Origin: a virus
Taxonomy: Duplodnaviria > Caudoviricetes
Length of the DNA: 38,921 bases
Direction: 5' to 3' (one strand)
IMG/VR virus record: IMGVR_UViG_3300027612_000002
Coordinates: 1-38,921 of that record
Under the pieces are notes generated by a model. That model was given only the letters and a program-made list of their open reading frames with translations, made no database searches and was not told the origin of the DNA. Position numbers and translations under genes: made by a program. This document shows positions 36,300 to 38,921 of the stretch, one piece after another (within the stretch, counting starts at the first letter, position 1; each line of letters opens with the position of its first letter).

Positions 36300-36493
36300 T
36301 GGCTAAAAATTCATTGAAGACTTGGTTCAGTCAGAACAATGGTAAAGGTTGGGTTAACTGTAAGACAGGTGGTCCCTGTGGCCGTAAGGATCGTACCAAG
36401 GGTGCCTACCCTGCGTGTCGTCCAACGATGGCCCAGTGCAAGAAGGGACCAGCCAAAAGGAAAACAAGTAAACGCAGGGTAAGCTGGAAGTAA
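36299..36493 (+). CDS. Small basic Cys-rich protein (64 aa)
   Basis: LKTWF..WVNC..PCGR..YPACRP motif. Confidence 0.7.
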   Translation: MAKNSLKTWFSQNNGKGWVNCKTGGPCGRKDRTKGAYPACRPTMAQCKKGPAKRKTSKRRVSWK

Positions 36494-36688
36494 CTAGGCG
36501 GATTCTGTTTTTGCCCACCTAGTACACTGGGCGTCAACCACTATTACGTTAGTGTCAGCGAAAGATTCTATACCTTGAGCAAGGTCCACCATACACTCCT
36601 GTTCGGTACCGTAGATTCCGCCAGATGTATGTGCCTTACAGGCACTAAAGTCTACAGTACAAACCAAGAGTAACGGTGTGAATAGCAT
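36494..36688 (-). CDS. Small protein with a hydrophobic N-terminus and 4 Cys
   Basis: 64 aa; GGAAGGA upstream; last gene of the minus arm. Confidence 0.65.
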   Translation of the reverse strand: MLFTPLLLVCTVDFSACKAHTSGGIYGTEQECMVDLAQGIESFADTNVIVVDAQCTRWAKTESA

Positions 36689-36689
36689 T

Positions 36690-36944
36690 TTAACTTCCTT
36701 CCATCTCTTCTATTAACCTGTTTAAGTACCACTTAGCCTTCTTTAAATCCTCAAGGGGTTTACCCTTGTGACGATAACGATGGAGATACTTCTTAGTGTT
36801 ACCTTCTAAGTACCCCAAGAACATCATGTCATCCATGTTGTCCTTCATATAATCTATACACTCAATAGACCCATCTCCATAGTGAGGTGGGTTATTTATT
36901 ATGTCAGACATCTCACTGTCATCAAACAATTCAACTTGCGCCAT
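36690..36944 (-). CDS. DUF3310 (SaV / T7 gp1.7-like) protein
   Basis: NNPPHY..IECID..GN..KY..R..KG..EDLKKAKWYL; GGAG RBS before 36944. Confidence 0.85.
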   Translation of the reverse strand: MAQVELFDDSEMSDIINNPPHYGDGSIECIDYMKDNMDDMMFLGYLEGNTKKYLHRYRHKGKPLEDLKKAKWYLNRLIEEMEGS

Positions 36945-37422
36945 GTAAGTCTCCGATGATTTTCTTTGCAGTCTCCACTGGCATCTTAAACCATTCGCCA
37001 TTCTGTTCTACACCAAGCTTCTTACACTCATTATGTGCAAAGGTCTCAGCCTTCCGACGATCTTTAAAGGGCGCAAAGAAATCTAACTCAAAGTCACGCA
37101 TAGGACTACTCGTCTGGTAACCCTTGAGGCGATCCTCTGCATCAATAGCCATACCGATCTTCACCCACTCAGGCCATGCTTTGTTTGTGATGACGTAGAC
37201 AAAACCTTCTTTGGCGCTTGTGAAGTTTTCTAGGCTTGAGAAGGCAGCTTCGTTGAAAGACTTGTACCGTCCGGCCTTCCAGAGTGGATGACTCTTGGGG
37301 ATGTACTCACCGTCAACAAACATACGTCGATTGTTTTTTCTGTTGTGTGAGGCAAGCGTTTGACGGTACCCTGACGGGCTGTGATACCAAAGTTCACCAT
37401 CTGTATCTTTAATCATTCCCAT
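36931..37422 (-). CDS. T5orf172/MUG113-type GIY-YIG nuclease-domain protein
   Basis: GFVYVI..WVKIG..RLKGYQTSSP..AE..H..GEWF. Confidence 0.8.
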   Translation of the reverse strand: MGMIKDTDGELWYHSPSGYRQTLASHNRKNNRRMFVDGEYIPKSHPLWKAGRYKSFNEAAFSSLENFTSAKEGFVYVITNKAWPEWVKIGMAIDAEDRLKGYQTSSPMRDFELDFFAPFKDRRKAETFAHNECKKLGVEQNGEWFKMPVETAKKIIGDLHGAS

Positions 37423-37645
37423 CTAGCAGTTCCTTTAGTTCTGTGTAACCACCGATGTAGTTACCTTTGTTGTCCCATATCTGGGGTAAAGTACCTATAC
37501 CAGCTTTCTTAAGCAATGTCAATAGCCACTTACTACTTGGATCGTCAAGTGAGTAGGCCGTGAAGCCTACCCTTTTCTCTCGCATTAAGTGTTTTGCTTT
37601 GGTGCAAAACTTACAGTATGGTGTGCTTAAGATAACATACATCAT
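37409..37645 (-). CDS. Glutaredoxin
   Basis: CKFC active site, TLPQI and IGGYTEL motifs; adjacent to nrdJ. Confidence 0.9.
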   Translation of the reverse strand: MMYVILSTPYCKFCTKAKHLMREKRVGFTAYSLDDPSSKWLLTLLKKAGIGTLPQIWDNKGNYIGGYTELKELLDGND

Positions 37646-38921
37646 ACTAAATCCACGATTTCACATGAGTCACCTGAACAGGCAAGTGTCTGACTACCAG
37701 CTGTATTGTCTTCTTGCTCGTAGTCTGACAACTCACCCCAATTAATAGAGGTTGGCATAACAGACAGAAGAGTGTCGTAGTCTGACTTGCCACACTCTTG
37801 GTAAGGTGCTTGCTGGTATGTGTGTTCGTTGAATGGCAGGAAGGATACCCCACTCATTTCATCAAAGTGCTCATACACAAATGCACCCACAGCAAACCAT
37901 TCGCCGGAACGGACATTGATTGTCACCGATGGTTTATGCTCACACCATGCTCGTTGATAAGCTAACCACATCTCCAGCTGTTCAATAGCAGTCATGTCAG
38001 CAGTGACAATAGCGTTGTCTGGTGCCTTCATAGGAAAACTAAACACTGTAGTCTGGTCTGGCTTCATTACATCTGGTTGATTAGGGATACCTTGATCCTT
38101 CATAAACTGTGTCAAGGGGTCTTTGTTGTCTCCTCGAACGGTTCGGATGTAGTAGTCACTGTGTCGGGCGTGAATCCCAGAGGCTGAGTCAACGAGTTGG
38201 CTGACTGTTCCCGATGGCTTAACACAGCTAATAGCAGCAGCAACAGGAATACCAAGGCGGCCAGCCCACTCAGCGTTAGTTTCAACGGCAATACATTTAA
38301 GATGTTCAAGGGTTTTCTCCAGTCCTGCGTTCTTAGTTGTCATTAACGGGTTGTCCATGATGCCTGTCATAGACACACCCAGTAGTCTTTCTTCTTCTGT
38401 ATTTTTCTGCCACACCTTACGGAGGTATGGGAACTTAGTGAAGGAAGATTGAATAGTACCAAGGATGGTAGCTATACGAACCTTTCTCTCTAGGTCTTCG
38501 ACAGTATCCGTTGCCCGTACCACTACTTCACTGAGGTTACAAAATTGTCCACCTGTACCTGCAATAGGTTGCCCGTTCTTATCAATCTTTGGTCCTCGTA
38601 AAATTATCTCCGAACATGGGTTGGTCCCGAACTCATAATTAGGATCACGCCGTCCATTCTTAGCAGCCTGTTTCTTAGCGGCCTGTCTATTGAAGATACC
38701 ACGTTCACCTGAACCGCTCTCTACTAAGGCCATCCACTCCCGCATAAAGGACAGGCTGTCTGGCTTCTCAGTGTAGGACACAGAGTTGTTAGCTAATGCA
38801 CGTTGAGGGTTGTTCTCCCACCACGCACCTGACTTAGCATGGCGCATACGGTCATCACTCAGGTTAGACAAAGAGATCATAGCTGAGCGTCTCACGCCGC
38901 CTACGATAACCACTTCACCGA
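37642..38921 (-). CDS. nrdJ: Class II ribonucleotide reductase, C-terminal part
   Basis: GGVRRSA, TNPCSE, CNLSE, KPSGT, EHKPSVT and terminal CSGDSC motifs. Confidence 0.93.
   Translation of the reverse strand, partial: GEVVIVGGVRRSAMISLSNLSDDRMRHAKSGAWWENNPQRALANNSVSYTEKPDSLSFMREWMALVESGSGERGIFNRQAAKKQAAKNGRRDPNYEFGTNPCSEIILRGPKIDKNGQPIAGTGGQFCNLSEVVVRATDTVEDLERKVRIATILGTIQSSFTKFPYLRKVWQKNTEEERLLGVSMTGIMDNPLMTTKNAGLEKTLEHLKCIAVETNAEWAGRLGIPVAAAISCVKPSGTVSQLVDSASGIHARHSDYYIRTVRGDNKDPLTQFMKDQGIPNQPDVMKPDQTTVFSFPMKAPDNAIVTADMTAIEQLEMWLAYQRAWCEHKPSVTINVRSGEWFAVGAFVYEHFDEMSGVSFLPFNEHTYQQAPYQECGKSDYDTLLSVMPTSINWGELSDYEQEDNTAGSQTLACSGDSCEIVDLV
38795..38921. repeat. Assembly overlap identical to 1-127
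   Basis: Exact sequence identity. Confidence 0.95.

Overview
The window is an apparently complete ~38.8 kb lytic podophage genome assembled as a circle: bases 1-127 repeat exactly at 38795-38921, giving a 38,794 bp unit, and the cut falls inside nrdJ. Gene content and layout fit a Roseophage SIO1-like cobavirus (Zobellviridae), probably infecting marine Rhodobacteraceae; this is inferred from recalled family features, not from a search. It has T7-like primase-helicase, PolA, exonuclease and endonuclease I but no recognisable RNA polymerase or integrase, plus a class II (B12) ribonucleotide reductase, glutaredoxin, ThyX, MazG and DUF1127. Two arms diverge from a non-coding control region (~10440-11360). 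The minus arm carries early and replication genes (10372 leftwards, across the junction to 36494). The plus arm carries packaging, tail fibre, head, tail, ejection, lysis and small basic genes (11360-36493). The most notable observations are: (1) a ~120 nt non-coding RNA unit with a perfect sigma70 promoter and its own terminator, divergent from terS and partly complementary to the terS leader; (2) early genes arranged as cassettes, each preceded by a long RNase III-like hairpin, three of them with an identical 17 bp RBS/start block; (3) a PolA split into two overlapping ORFs, with paired E710Q-like and Y766L-like active-site changes; (4) a shared N-terminal DFSSQA(T/S)ET tag on two adjacent late proteins; (5) a consensus antisense promoter inside the early arm.
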